Shown here piece after piece: positions 1 through 7,612 of a stretch of DNA of 25,294 nucleotides. Position 1 is the first letter of the stretch. Each line of letters starts with the position of its first letter. A model generated the notes under the pieces. That model had not been told where the DNA came from. It made no database searches and saw nothing but the letters and a program-made list of their open reading frames with translations. Source of the DNA: a virus (lineage: Duplodnaviria; Caudoviricetes). The translations under genes and the position numbers were made by a program. The stretch is taken from positions 1 to 25,294 of IMG/VR virus record IMGVR_UViG_3300020045_001994; one strand, given 5' to 3'.

Positions 1-2
1 AT

Positions 3-68
3 CAGCCTATTATCGGCGGTACTAATGTGAAAGTAGTCGGGTACTCTCGACAATTTGGAGATATTTAA
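3..68 (+). CDS. 3' end of upstream gene (partial, probably tail-related)
   Basis: Open frame ...QPIIGGTNVKVVGYSRQFGDI ends at TAA 66-68, directly before the ATG at 69. Product guessed from position only. Confidence 0.5.
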   Translation, partial: QPIIGGTNVKVVGYSRQFGDI

Positions 69-1943
69 ATGGCACTGACTACAACCGAAGAAGCGCAAAC
101 ACGCGCACTTATTGAGCAAAATGCTGCACTGCTTTCACTGGCTGCAAGTGAGCCGACGATTATCAGTAAACTGGCTGCAACAAAGGCTTCATTGTCTGAT
201 TTGCCAGCGGCTACCGTTAAAAATAATACTGACCTGTTTTTAGTTCGTCAGGGAACTGAAGATAAGAGTATTACAGGCGCTTTGGCTGGTGGTGATGCTG
301 CTTATGTGTCTTATACGCCTACTGGTGTTGGCACTGTTGCTACTACGGTGCAGGGTAAGCTGCGTGAGAGTGTGAGTGTGCTGGATTTCGGGGAAAATAC
401 AGTACCCGGCACCACAGATATGACTGCTGCTATTCAAGCAGCTATAGTTTCAGCAATTGCAAGAAAAGTTGCGCTCTACATACCGTCTGGTAATTACTTA
501 TGGACAGCTTCAAACCACTTTATTGATTGTTTTTCAACGGGTCTGGTGATCGTTGGAGACGGCCAAAACAATTCGCGTATCACCATCGATGCAAATGGAA
601 TTGCATTTGATGTTCAAAGTTATTTCAATAACCAATTGGTTGTATTAGGCGTCGGCTTCGAGGTGCTAAACCCAACGACCAACAATAACGCAACCATTTT
701 CAGAGTATGGCGTAGGTCGCCGTATGGGTCTTTCGGGGCAAGCTTTGTATTTCGTGACTGTGAGTTTAAGGGTCACACAAATTGTGCAATCCACGGCATT
801 GCAGCAACACAATGCCAAGTGACGAACAACGTCATCTCAGGGGTAAGCCCATACACGGCATCCAGTGGATTGCTTGCCACCTACGATGATGCTGGAATTC
901 GTCTTTGGGGTGCAGATGGAACAACCGCGCTTCAAGAGCATCAGTTTAGCAATCTGATCAACATTTCAGACAATTGGATTACCGGTAGTAAGTTCGGCGT
1001 TGACTGCTGGAGCGCAACAGAAACGCTAGTCGCAAACAATAACATTAGCAATTGCTACATTGGTCTGAGCGCAAAAGTTAACTCCGCACTCAGCCCATCA
1101 AGTAGCGCAACGGCTAACGCCAGCAAGGGGACAACCTTTGGTGCTGTGACTATTGATAGAAACTGGTTTGAAGCGAATGCGCTCTACCACTACTCTGATG
1201 CTGATGTGGATGGTGCAGGGGTGAATATCGCCAATACGCAGGCAGATATTTACACCAATGGAGGGAGCCGTGGGACAACCCCAAACACGAAAATAAAAAG
1301 CACTTGCACCACCGTTGTTGCGACAAATTCTGTTGCAGCACGGCAGTATTTCGCAGGGGCCGCATTAAGCGACAAGCTGTTCTATTCTGCGTCTATTTTT
1401 GATGCCGCATCTGGTAACGGCCTTAAGTATCGACTTGCTACTCGTGAGGCTTTCTTTGGTGTCCCATTGCGAGTTCCAGGTGTTAGTTTTGGTCCTGATG
1501 CTTATACCCTAGCAGCCGATCCCACGCTGACACTTGATGCGTACAAAGAAGGCACTTTCACACCTGTGCTTGGGACAGATGGCACGCAGCCCACTGTTGC
1601 GTACAGTGCGCAGTCTGGCACATACACCCGAATAGGAAATGTTGTCCACTTCAACATCTACCTAGTAACTTCTTCCTATAGCGGAGGAACTGGAAACCTG
1701 ACCCTTTCCGGGTTCCCTTACACGATAAGTGAAAGCGACTCTGTAGCCGCTGTCTCGAACAAGAGTGTTTGGACAACACAAGGCCCAACATACGGGCGGG
1801 CGGTATCTGCTACCAATAAGTTCTACCTCTATTACGACACAGCTACCGCATCAACTGCCGTCCCTGGCGCGAACATGGGTGGTGGTAGCGGTACTAATTT
1901 GAGATTATCTGGTCGTTACTTCACAAGTGACGCTTTCCCATGA
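69..1943 (+). CDS. Tailspike / tail fibre with pectate-lyase-like right-handed beta-helix (putative depolymerase, receptor-binding protein)
   Basis: SVLDFG...DMTAAIQAAI...LYIPSGNY is the typical start of a pectate_lyase_3-type beta-helix. Asn/Ile-rich repeats follow (ISDNWI, VANNNISNC, IDRNWFE). The C-terminal EGTFTP...YTRIGNVVHF domain is typical of tail fibres. GGAG SD at 57-60. Confidence 0.85.
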   Translation: MALTTTEEAQTRALIEQNAALLSLAASEPTIISKLAATKASLSDLPAATVKNNTDLFLVRQGTEDKSITGALAGGDAAYVSYTPTGVGTVATTVQGKLRESVSVLDFGENTVPGTTDMTAAIQAAIVSAIARKVALYIPSGNYLWTASNHFIDCFSTGLVIVGDGQNNSRITIDANGIAFDVQSYFNNQLVVLGVGFEVLNPTTNNNATIFRVWRRSPYGSFGASFVFRDCEFKGHTNCAIHGIAATQCQVTNNVISGVSPYTASSGLLATYDDAGIRLWGADGTTALQEHQFSNLINISDNWITGSKFGVDCWSATETLVANNNISNCYIGLSAKVNSALSPSSSATANASKGTTFGAVTIDRNWFEANALYHYSDADVDGAGVNIANTQADIYTNGGSRGTTPNTKIKSTCTTVVATNSVAARQYFAGAALSDKLFYSASIFDAASGNGLKYRLATREAFFGVPLRVPGVSFGPDAYTLAADPTLTLDAYKEGTFTPVLGTDGTQPTVAYSAQSGTYTRIGNVVHFNIYLVTSSYSGGTGNLTLSGFPYTISESDSVAAVSNKSVWTTQGPTYGRAVSATNKFYLYYDTATASTAVPGANMGGGSGTNLRLSGRYFTSDAFP

Positions 1944-2003
1944 AATTTAATCCCACTAGACAAGCAAGTGCCATAGATGGTGCTGAAATAGTTAGGGCAT
2001 AAA

Positions 2004-2441
2004 ATGCCAAGCAATAAACTAATAAACAACCTATCCCGCGCTTTGTGGGATTCAGACTTGATTGCAAGCCGCTTAAGTCTTGCGATTGCTGAGTTCTTTT
2101 GGGCGGTGATGTTGTTGTTTTGGGGTAATAGCCACGACTTGTTTAGTCGCCCTACTTATAAGCAAATGGCCGTTATCATGCCTGCTGAGTCGTGGGGTAT
2201 TGTGTTGCTTTTATCGGCTGGCGTGCAACTAACCATCATCCTAAACGGCGATATGCACAGTGCATTCGCTAGATACTTTGCAGCTTTTAACGCTTGCTTG
2301 TGGGTTTATATCGGCATTGTTTCACCACTGTTGTCGGTGTACCCTCCACCGGCTGCGATGGGTGGCGAATTCGCTTTGGCATTTGCAGCAGTTTGGATTT
2401 GGGTTCGCCCTTATATTTTAGCCAAAGGGCCTAAAGAGTGA
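2004..2441 (+). CDS. Multi-pass membrane protein in lysis cassette (about 4 TM; possible holin/antiholin)
   Basis: Four hydrophobic stretches; lies between the tailspike and the endolysin. Confidence 0.6.
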   Translation: MPSNKLINNLSRALWDSDLIASRLSLAIAEFFWAVMLLFWGNSHDLFSRPTYKQMAVIMPAESWGIVLLLSAGVQLTIILNGDMHSAFARYFAAFNACLWVYIGIVSPLLSVYPPPAAMGGEFALAFAAVWIWVRPYILAKGPKE

Positions 2442-2782
2442 GTGATAAAGATACACCACAGCGCCGAGCGTCAGACTCAAGCCCTAATCCAAGTAACAGC
2501 GATATTGTTAAATTGCTTCTTGAAATGCAGCGTCAACTAGATACTGTAATTCGCAAGCAAGAAGAGCATTCTACGGCGTTTGTGACTAATGATCTTGGTA
2601 AGCCTGACCTTGAAGGCCATCGCCTTTACCATTTCAGGTCGATTAAAAATGCCGAACAAATGGACAGTTACAAAGCCGGTATGACTAAAACCATTATCGA
2701 CTGGGCCATGAAGGGCGCTTTGATGTTTTTGATTGCTGGTATTATCTCAGTCGCTTCAATTAAATTAGGAATTCAAAAATGA
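2438..2782 (+). CDS. Protein with coiled coil and C-terminal TM helix (holin-like / lysis-associated)
   Basis: GTGA overlap with the upstream gene; hydrophobic C-terminus GALMFLIAGIISVASIKL; upstream of the endolysin. Confidence 0.6.
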   Translation: MSDKDTPQRRASDSSPNPSNSDIVKLLLEMQRQLDTVIRKQEEHSTAFVTNDLGKPDLEGHRLYHFRSIKNAEQMDSYKAGMTKTIIDWAMKGALMFLIAGIISVASIKLGIQK

Positions 2783-2856
2783 TGTGTTGGATTGTTATGT
2801 TGCATTGGATGCAAAACGAATGGGAAAACATTTATGATAAACAGTCGAAGTCTTGA
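2779..2856 (+). CDS. Putative 25-aa microprotein MMCWIVMLHWMQNEWENIYDKQSKS
   Basis: ATGA overlap with the stop at 2780-2782 and AGGA SD at 2767-2770; fills the gap before the endolysin and overlaps its start. Not in the ORF track. Confidence 0.4.
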   Translation: MMCWIVMLHWMQNEWENIYDKQSKS

Positions 2857-3241
2857 CGATCTAGAGCCTGAAACAAAAGAGAAAGCAAAGGCTTTAATAG
2901 CTGGTTGCTTGCTTGAAGGTATTGACTTGATTGTGACTAGCACTTACCGGGACTATGCTTCGCAGGGTGCTTTGTACGATCAAGGGCGCAAAACCATTGG
3001 CAAGATTGTGACCAATGCAAAGCCAGGTTATAGCTTTCACAATCATCGAGTTGCACTTGATGTGGTGCCTGTGGTGGCTGGTAAGGCTATATGGGATGAT
3101 AGTCGCCTTTGGTCGCGTATCGGTGCTGTTGGCGCCTTAGCTGGCCTTGAATGGGGTGGTTTGTGGAAGTTCAAAGATAAGCCTCACTTCCAAAATACAG
3201 GAGGTCATTCTATTGATGACTTTTTGCGGGAGCATGCTTGA
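2834..3241 (+). CDS. Endolysin, peptidase M15 family (L-Ala-D-Glu peptidase-like)
   Basis: TYRDYASQGALYDQGR, VTNAKPGYSFHN...ALDVV and WGGLWKFKDKPHFQ match M15 Zn-peptidase motifs. ATG 2834 (MINSRSLDDL) preferred over TTG 2792. Confidence 0.9.
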   Translation: MINSRSLDDLEPETKEKAKALIAGCLLEGIDLIVTSTYRDYASQGALYDQGRKTIGKIVTNAKPGYSFHNHRVALDVVPVVAGKAIWDDSRLWSRIGAVGALAGLEWGGLWKFKDKPHFQNTGGHSIDDFLREHA

Positions 3242-3630
3242 TGGCTGATATTACCGGACTTGGTGCGGTTTCTGAATTGGCAAATACCGTCATTGGTAAG
3301 ATTTGGCCAGACAAGTCAGAAGCTGAAAAGCAACAATTGGCAGCGGCTGTTACATTGGTTCAAGGTCAGCTAGAGGTTAACAAGATTGAAGCATCTAGCC
3401 CGTCTGTTTTTGTATCTGGCTGGCGTCCTTTTATCGGATGGGTATGCGGTACGGCGTGCGCTTGGAATTGGATCGGGATCTCGATTGTGTCAACTATTTG
3501 CACCATTTTAGAAAACCCTGTAATTCTGCAAAAAGCCGATGTATCTGAAATGATGCCAGTTCTTTTGGGCTTGCTTGGTCTTGGTGCTTTGCGAACGTAT
3601 GAAAAACTAAACGATAAAGCTGCAAAATAA
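3241..3630 (+). CDS. Holin of the 3TM (GTA-type) family
   Basis: VNKIEASSPSVFVSGWRPFIGWVCG and LLGLGALRTYEK are characteristic; TGATG overlap with the endolysin stop. Confidence 0.85.
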   Translation: MADITGLGAVSELANTVIGKIWPDKSEAEKQQLAAAVTLVQGQLEVNKIEASSPSVFVSGWRPFIGWVCGTACAWNWIGISIVSTICTILENPVILQKADVSEMMPVLLGLLGLGALRTYEKLNDKAAK

Positions 3631-3632
3631 AC

Positions 3633-3656
3633 AAACCCGCATTACGCGGGTTTTTT
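3633..3656. terminator. Bidirectional intrinsic terminator between the converging lysis and early regions
   Basis: AAACCCGC-ATTAC-GCGGGTTT followed by a T run; A-rich on the left side. Confidence 0.85.
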
Positions 3657-3657
3657 G

Positions 3658-3840
3658 TTATGGCATTTGTTTTGTAAGTATCATTAAAAATGATGGAAGT
3701 ACAGCAAAATAAAAAACAATAAGCAATTCAATATCTTCAATTCCATATTTTCTATAAGTAACAAACACACCAAGTAAATTAATAAAGCTCCACAAAAAAG
3801 GAACCAGCATCCACCATGAAAGCATAATTTCCACAATCAT
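3658..3840 (-). CDS. Small AT-rich two-TM membrane protein
   Basis: ATG 3840 overlaps the mazG stop (ATGA); two hydrophobic segments. Confidence 0.6.
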   Translation of the reverse strand: MIVEIMLSWWMLVPFLWSFINLLGVFVTYRKYGIEDIELLIVFYFAVLPSFLMILTKQMP

Positions 3841-4139
3841 TCCTTCACAAAACAACCATTAGGCATCAAAGTACCTTTACGGTCTTTGATTTCATGATGA
3901 GCGAACGCCAAGCAAGTAACCAAGTCCAGCTCCTCCTTTTCAGCCACGATAATCAGCGTCACCAACACATCACCAAGGCCGTCAATAACACCTTCGCGGT
4001 CGCCTTTGATAAGTGCATCAGCTAGTTCACCAAGCTCTGAAACTGTCTTCAAAAGCTGGGTTTGGCTTGTGGCGTTTGGGATTATCTTACGATCTTTGGC
4101 CCAATTAATAACTTGGGTTTCTAGTGTTTCAAATGTCAT
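3837..4139 (-). CDS. mazG: MazG-like nucleotide pyrophosphohydrolase
   Basis: QLLKTVSELGELADAL...DGLGDVLVTL and EIKDRKG...FVKE motifs. Confidence 0.9.
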   Translation of the reverse strand: MTFETLETQVINWAKDRKIIPNATSQTQLLKTVSELGELADALIKGDREGVIDGLGDVLVTLIIVAEKEELDLVTCLAFAHHEIKDRKGTLMPNGCFVKE

Positions 4140-4312
4140 TTCATTTCCTTAAATAAGTCTGGTTGATCGTTCGCAATGGCTTGCGAGTTATGAGGCTTGT
4201 AAGCCTTGTTTTTTAGCTCATCGTAGCAGGTTGGCCCAATGGCCTTGCCGTCTAAGTAAAAGTGCTTACCGCCTGATTTAAGAGGCTTTCCACACTTAAA
4301 GCACCTAAGCAT
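4136..4312 (-). CDS. Small zinc-finger-like protein (58 aa; CFKCGKPL...GPTC)
   Basis: Hand translation MLRCFKCGKPLKSGGKHFYLDGKAIGPTCYDELK...KEMK; fills the gap; ATGA coupling to mazG. Confidence 0.65.
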   Translation of the reverse strand: MLRCFKCGKPLKSGGKHFYLDGKAIGPTCYDELKNKAYKPHNSQAIANDQPDLFKEMK

Positions 4313-4778
4313 CCATCATTACAAACTCTGAGCGTTTGTTTTTTTGCTTGTTGATTGCCATCTTCAAATACTTGTCATAGTCACTTCGCGGTATGCTTTT
4401 ACGCTGTGCATCATGCCAGTCCCAAAGTTCGCGCAAGATTGTTATTTCGCTTTCCCGTGCATCAAACTTACCCCACTTTTCAACCCGTTTAATCAGGTTC
4501 GCAATGGCTGTTTTAGCTTGGTTGCATATTGGCATGACTTCAAACTTACCGATGCCATTTTCAGCCATCACTACAGCCATCGAATGCAGTGCAAGAATGT
4601 CATATAAGTCCTGTTCCGTAGCCGTATGTTCTTTCATTGATCTAATGGCAGACAATTCACGTATTTGAATATCTCTCAGGATTTGATCGTCAATAACGCA
4701 CGCACCATTAATGGCATGAGCTACGGCGCTGAATCCCGGCGATGTATTCCAGTGCTTGCGCTTGCAGGATTTTCTCAT
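4305..4778 (-). CDS. Hypothetical phage protein
   Basis: 157-aa ORF in the operon direction with a basic N-terminus (MRKSCKRKHW). Confidence 0.7.
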   Translation of the reverse strand: MRKSCKRKHWNTSPGFSAVAHAINGACVIDDQILRDIQIRELSAIRSMKEHTATEQDLYDILALHSMAVVMAENGIGKFEVMPICNQAKTAIANLIKRVEKWGKFDARESEITILRELWDWHDAQRKSIPRSDYDKYLKMAINKQKNKRSEFVMMDA

Positions 4779-4788
4779 TGCTTAGCTT

Positions 4789-4938
4789 TCATTTTTGCAA
4801 CTCGCGTCGAATGTCGATTAATACAAAAAGCACCGATGATGCAAATATACCAATTGGAGCGCCGTGATTGATACCGATGCCAATGCCAATAGATATGGCC
4901 GCAATTTGACCTACGAACCATAAAGCGTTTTTATTCAT
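4789..4938 (-). CDS. Small membrane peptide (49 aa)
   Basis: Hand translation MNKNALWFVGQIAAISIGIGIGINHGAPIGIFASSVLFVLIDIRRELQK; fills the gap between flanking ORFs. Confidence 0.55.
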   Translation of the reverse strand: MNKNALWFVGQIAAISIGIGIGINHGAPIGIFASSVLFVLIDIRRELQK

Positions 4939-4940
4939 AT

Positions 4941-5150
4941 TCAAGCCTTAAAGTAATCGTAAGGCGTTCTCGCCTTGCTTGTCATGCTAACCATTGGCCG
5001 GTGAGCAATTCGCACGCCATTAACGATGCTTGGCTTGTCGTAAGCGTCCATCGAGTTAGGCCGACCATCCCAACGCTTCAATTCTTTACCGTCATAAATG
5101 CCGTCCATCTTATTTAGCGTTTGTGGTGGTGTTTTCTTTTTGGTTGCCAT
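4941..5150 (-). CDS. Hypothetical phage protein
   Basis: AAGGA SD upstream; YDGKEL...GRPNSMDAYDKPS motif is of a kind seen in small phage ORFs. Confidence 0.7.
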   Translation of the reverse strand: MATKKKTPPQTLNKMDGIYDGKELKRWDGRPNSMDAYDKPSIVNGVRIAHRPMVSMTSKARTPYDYFKA

Positions 5151-5283
5151 TTTTAGGTTCCTTTGTGTTGTTGATAAAGTCTTTGGCGATTCCAGGCCAG
5201 CCTAGACGGTATGCCTTGTCGTGCTGCTCTTGAGTCACACGAACGCGAAGTGTCGGGTATTTTTGTGTAGCGCCTTTACTCAC
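5110..5283 (-). CDS. Small putative DNA-binding protein (ribbon-helix-helix-like, 57 aa)
   Basis: GTGA-coupled ORF MSKGATQKYPTLRVRVTQEQHDKAYRLGWPGIAKDFIN...; an alternating beta-strand (LRVRV) followed by helices. The fold is inferred. Confidence 0.45.
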   Translation of the reverse strand: MSKGATQKYPTLRVRVTQEQHDKAYRLGWPGIAKDFINNTKEPKNGNQKENTTTNAK

Positions 5284-5456
5284 AGAAAGTACTCCAGTGC
5301 AGCGTAAGCCAAGCCGATACCGATTGAAACGGCCAGCATTACATCTGCCAATTTCTCGTATTGAATACGCTTGTATGAAGTGATTGACGATGCGTAGTTG
5401 ACTGTTTTAGGAAATGCTTCGTCAAGCGAGCGGGAGAATTTGCGGGTTGTTTCCAT
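5280..5456 (-). CDS. Small protein with C-terminal TM (58 aa)
   Basis: METTRKFSRSLDEAFPKT...LAVSIGIGLAYAALEYFL; preceded by an AAGG SD, a CAACAAC leader and the promoter-like motif. Confidence 0.7.
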   Translation of the reverse strand: METTRKFSRSLDEAFPKTVNYASSITSYKRIQYEKLADVMLAVSIGIGLAYAALEYFL

Positions 5457-5485
5457 TTTTAGACCTTGGTTGTTGTTGATGGTTT

Positions 5486-5496
5486 AGTGTAGCACA
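5486..5496 (-). promoter_or_regulatory. Repeated promoter/operator motif (TGTGCTACACT)
   Basis: Copy of the TG(C/A/T)GCTACA(A/C)T motif 30 nt upstream of ATG 5456. Confidence 0.6.
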
Positions 5497-5527
5497 TCAC
5501 ATTCAGTTACTCGAATAATTGGAGTAA

Positions 5528-5869
5528 CTAGTTTGATTTATTTTTGTGCTGGTGAAGTGCGGCACCAAAACTATTTATCAGCTTGATCTCGGACTTTATG
5601 TCTTCCAGCGTGTTGTCTTCTGAAAGACCGCCTCCATCGCCAAGTCTTTCCAATAGATCAGCCTTTGTCCCGGTTACTGATATCTTTCGGAAGGTAACAG
5701 GCTCCACGCTCTGCGCTTCCTCGCGGGCGATGGCTTCTCGTAGTGATATGTTTGACGCCGTTAAGTCGTCGTATGTCTCTATTGACTTGGCCCTCCCTGT
5801 GTGAACTTTGGTTATGAATTTTTCACCAGCTGCCAATGCCTGCTTCATTGCTTCGATTGTTGATTTCAT
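5528..5869 (-). CDS. Hypothetical mosaic phage protein
   Basis: AAGGA SD; contains the REEAQSVEP segment also present in 16889..17554. Confidence 0.7.
   Translation of the reverse strand: MKSTIEAMKQALAAGEKFITKVHTGRAKSIETYDDLTASNISLREAIAREEAQSVEPVTFRKISVTGTKADLLERLGDGGGLSEDNTLEDIKSEIKLINSFGAALHQHKNKSN
5699..5725. repeat. 27-bp exact repeat, copy 1 (AGGCTCCACGCTCTGCGCTTCCTCGCG)
   Basis: Identical to 17318-17344. Confidence 0.9.
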
Positions 5870-5883
5870 TTCATTTTCCTTTT

Positions 5884-6069
5884 TTAAGCAGTCTTACGCT
5901 CTTTGTATGACTCAATTTGATTTACAGCCCGATAAACAGTGGTGTACCCAACGCCTAAAGCCTCGGCTATGGCGTGATACGTGCGCCCTTGCTCACGCAG
6001 TTTAATCAGCGTAGGCATGATGCTTTTGTCAAAAATCCTACGTGCGTCAGTGTCGTTTCGTTTTGCCAT
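5884..6069 (-). CDS. Small helix-turn-helix DNA-binding protein
   Basis: LREQGRTYHAIAEALGVGYTTVYRAV is a classic HTH pattern; ATG 6069 preferred. Confidence 0.8.
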   Translation of the reverse strand: MAKRNDTDARRIFDKSIMPTLIKLREQGRTYHAIAEALGVGYTTVYRAVNQIESYKERKTA

Positions 6070-6071
6070 GA

Positions 6072-6272
6072 TTAAAACGGAACCAGATAATGAAAGTCTC
6101 CGCACTCATTTGGTGAGTACATGTAATCATCAGGAACCAAGCCATTGAAAACGCATACGTTGCCGTTTATCTTGTCCAAGTTATCGCAGTCAAAACAACG
6201 GTTTTTGTTTAAAAACTCTTCTGCCTCAAGTCGCACGCGCAAGGCTTCTAAGTATTGTTCTTTGTCAGTCAT
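6072..6272 (-). CDS. Small Cys-rich protein (CxxC...C...C) ending in VPF
   Basis: RCFDCDNL...VC...ECGDF; GAGGA SD upstream. Confidence 0.7.
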   Translation of the reverse strand: MTDKEQYLEALRVRLEAEEFLNKNRCFDCDNLDKINGNVCVFNGLVPDDYMYSPNECGDFHYLVPF

Positions 6273-6509
6273 TTAAAAATCCTCTGTTTGCTCAAGTGCC
6301 ATTGTTTCGATAAAGTCCACAACTTCAGGCGATAGCATTTCAGCAATATCGACACCATTTAGCTTCGCAGTTTCAAGTGTGCAAAATTCAGAGTGATCTG
6401 GCTCCAACTGCAAACCAGTTCCTCGCTCACGACTTCCGCGCTCGGCTTCGTTGTATTCAAGCTCGCATTCAAGCTCTCCACCGTCAAAAATGTATGTGTA
6501 GGTAATCAC
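6273..6509 (-). CDS. Hypothetical acidic phage protein
   Basis: GTGA coupling to the upstream ORF; abuts the downstream ATG. Confidence 0.7.
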   Translation of the reverse strand: MITYTYIFDGGELECELEYNEAERGSRERGTGLQLEPDHSEFCTLETAKLNGVDIAEMLSPEVVDFIETMALEQTEDF

Positions 6510-6715
6510 AATACCATCTCCAATTGGTTAGCCGCGTTGGTCAAGGCTGTAGCCATGTCGCGGGCCTGTTGTGGTGTCATTGAGTGTTGAAAGTGCATTG
6601 AACCTGCTTCCTGGCTAACTGCGACTATCTTGCCGATTAACGGGTCAGGATGAATGTGAGTTGTAATTGTCACAAAGTCTGCATTTGTGAAGTTTGGGAT
6701 TTGTACGTTTTCCAT
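6506..6715 (-). CDS. Hypothetical phage protein
   Basis: In operon, AGGA SD upstream. Confidence 0.65.
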   Translation of the reverse strand: MENVQIPNFTNADFVTITTHIHPDPLIGKIVAVSQEAGSMHFQHSMTPQQARDMATALTNAANQLEMVL

Positions 6716-6717
6716 TT

Positions 6718-7053
6718 TTAGTCTTTCCTGTTGTTGATTGATTTACCAATTACAGCGGCTGCGCGGACTATCACTCGGCGTGTAGATGCGTATGGATCGA
6801 CGCTAGGAGGTTCATCGACATAAATACAGTCATAGTCTCTACAAACAGCTCTCTTGTCACTCTTGTCTGGAGGATATGGAACAAGGTTCATCTTCACCGC
6901 CAGCCGCAGCGCATCACCATCGTCTTCAAGAGGGTTCCACTCTTTCCATCCAATTCCATCAATGCCAGAAACAAATAGTCGTCCGTCATCGCTGTATTGG
7001 AATCCATAACTAGCCGCCTTAGCAGCAAGTTCAATTAGTTCACGGTCATTCAT
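6718..7053 (-). CDS. Conserved phage protein (WNPLxDDGDALRLAV family)
   Basis: MNDRELIELAAKAA...WNPLEDDGDALRLAVKM...TRRVIVRAAA; ATG 7053 has an AAGGA SD. Confidence 0.7.
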   Translation of the reverse strand: MNDRELIELAAKAASYGFQYSDDGRLFVSGIDGIGWKEWNPLEDDGDALRLAVKMNLVPYPPDKSDKRAVCRDYDCIYVDEPPSVDPYASTRRVIVRAAAVIGKSINNRKD

Positions 7054-7080
7054 ACATTTCCTTTCTGTTGTGATGCCTAA

Positions 7081-7114
7081 AGTGTAGCGCACTTTTAACG
7101 CTTTGCGCTACATT
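7081..7114. promoter_or_regulatory. Inverted pair of the repeated motif (AGTGTAGCGCA-N12-TGCGCTACATT)
   Basis: Intergenic, upstream of ATG 7053. Confidence 0.7.
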
Positions 7115-7121
7115 TAGTTAA

Positions 7122-7448
7122 TTATTCATCTTCTTTTTTCTCATGCCATACGGTAGGCCGCAATCCTTGTCGCTGTATTAGCCATGAGCTAGTCCCTGAT
7201 ATTTTGTTGATTAGAAGCCACGGCAAACGCCTTTTCTTAGCTTGAGTCTGAGCTTGCTTTCGGTGTGCAGCTGTAATTACTGCGGTGTTCTTTACCTCTA
7301 CACTCCAGCTTTTACCATCTGGGTCTACGGCAATAAAATCTTCAACCGCCGTGCCAGCATTTAGCTCTGCCACACTCCAATCCAAGTTAGTCAATAATTC
7401 ATTTGCTTCGCGCTGGCCTTTGCGCCCTTTGGCTCGTGCGTTAGTCAC
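7122..7448 (-). CDS. Holliday junction resolvase, Hjc-like PD-(D/E)XK nuclease
   Basis: N-terminal RAKGRKGQRE followed by DFIA...SVEVK. Confidence 0.75.
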   Translation of the reverse strand: MTNARAKGRKGQREANELLTNLDWSVAELNAGTAVEDFIAVDPDGKSWSVEVKNTAVITAAHRKQAQTQAKKRRLPWLLINKISGTSSWLIQRQGLRPTVWHEKKEDE

Positions 7449-7612
7449 TCTTCACCCCGCATAACAGCCTCAATGCGTGAGAGCTTTACCTTTAGATCAA
7501 CCATCTCATAAAGCATAGCCCTGTAGGCGTCCATTGCTTTTTCTGATCGTTGCTGTTCAGCCTCTAACTGCGCTTTAAGCGTGTCAAGTTGCAGTTTTTC
7601 TTTTTTGGTCAT
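7445..7612 (-). CDS. Small coiled-coil protein (55 aa)
   Basis: MTKKEKLQLDTLKAQLEAEQQRSEKAM...; TGATG overlap upstream and GTGA overlap downstream. Confidence 0.7.
   Translation of the reverse strand: MTKKEKLQLDTLKAQLEAEQQRSEKAMDAYRAMLYEMVDLKVKLSRIEAVMRGEE

Noticed and set aside
2792-2833. Cys-rich N-terminal extension of the endolysin from TTG 2792
   Set aside because: No SD and no signal/SAR character; ATG 2834 gives a typical start.
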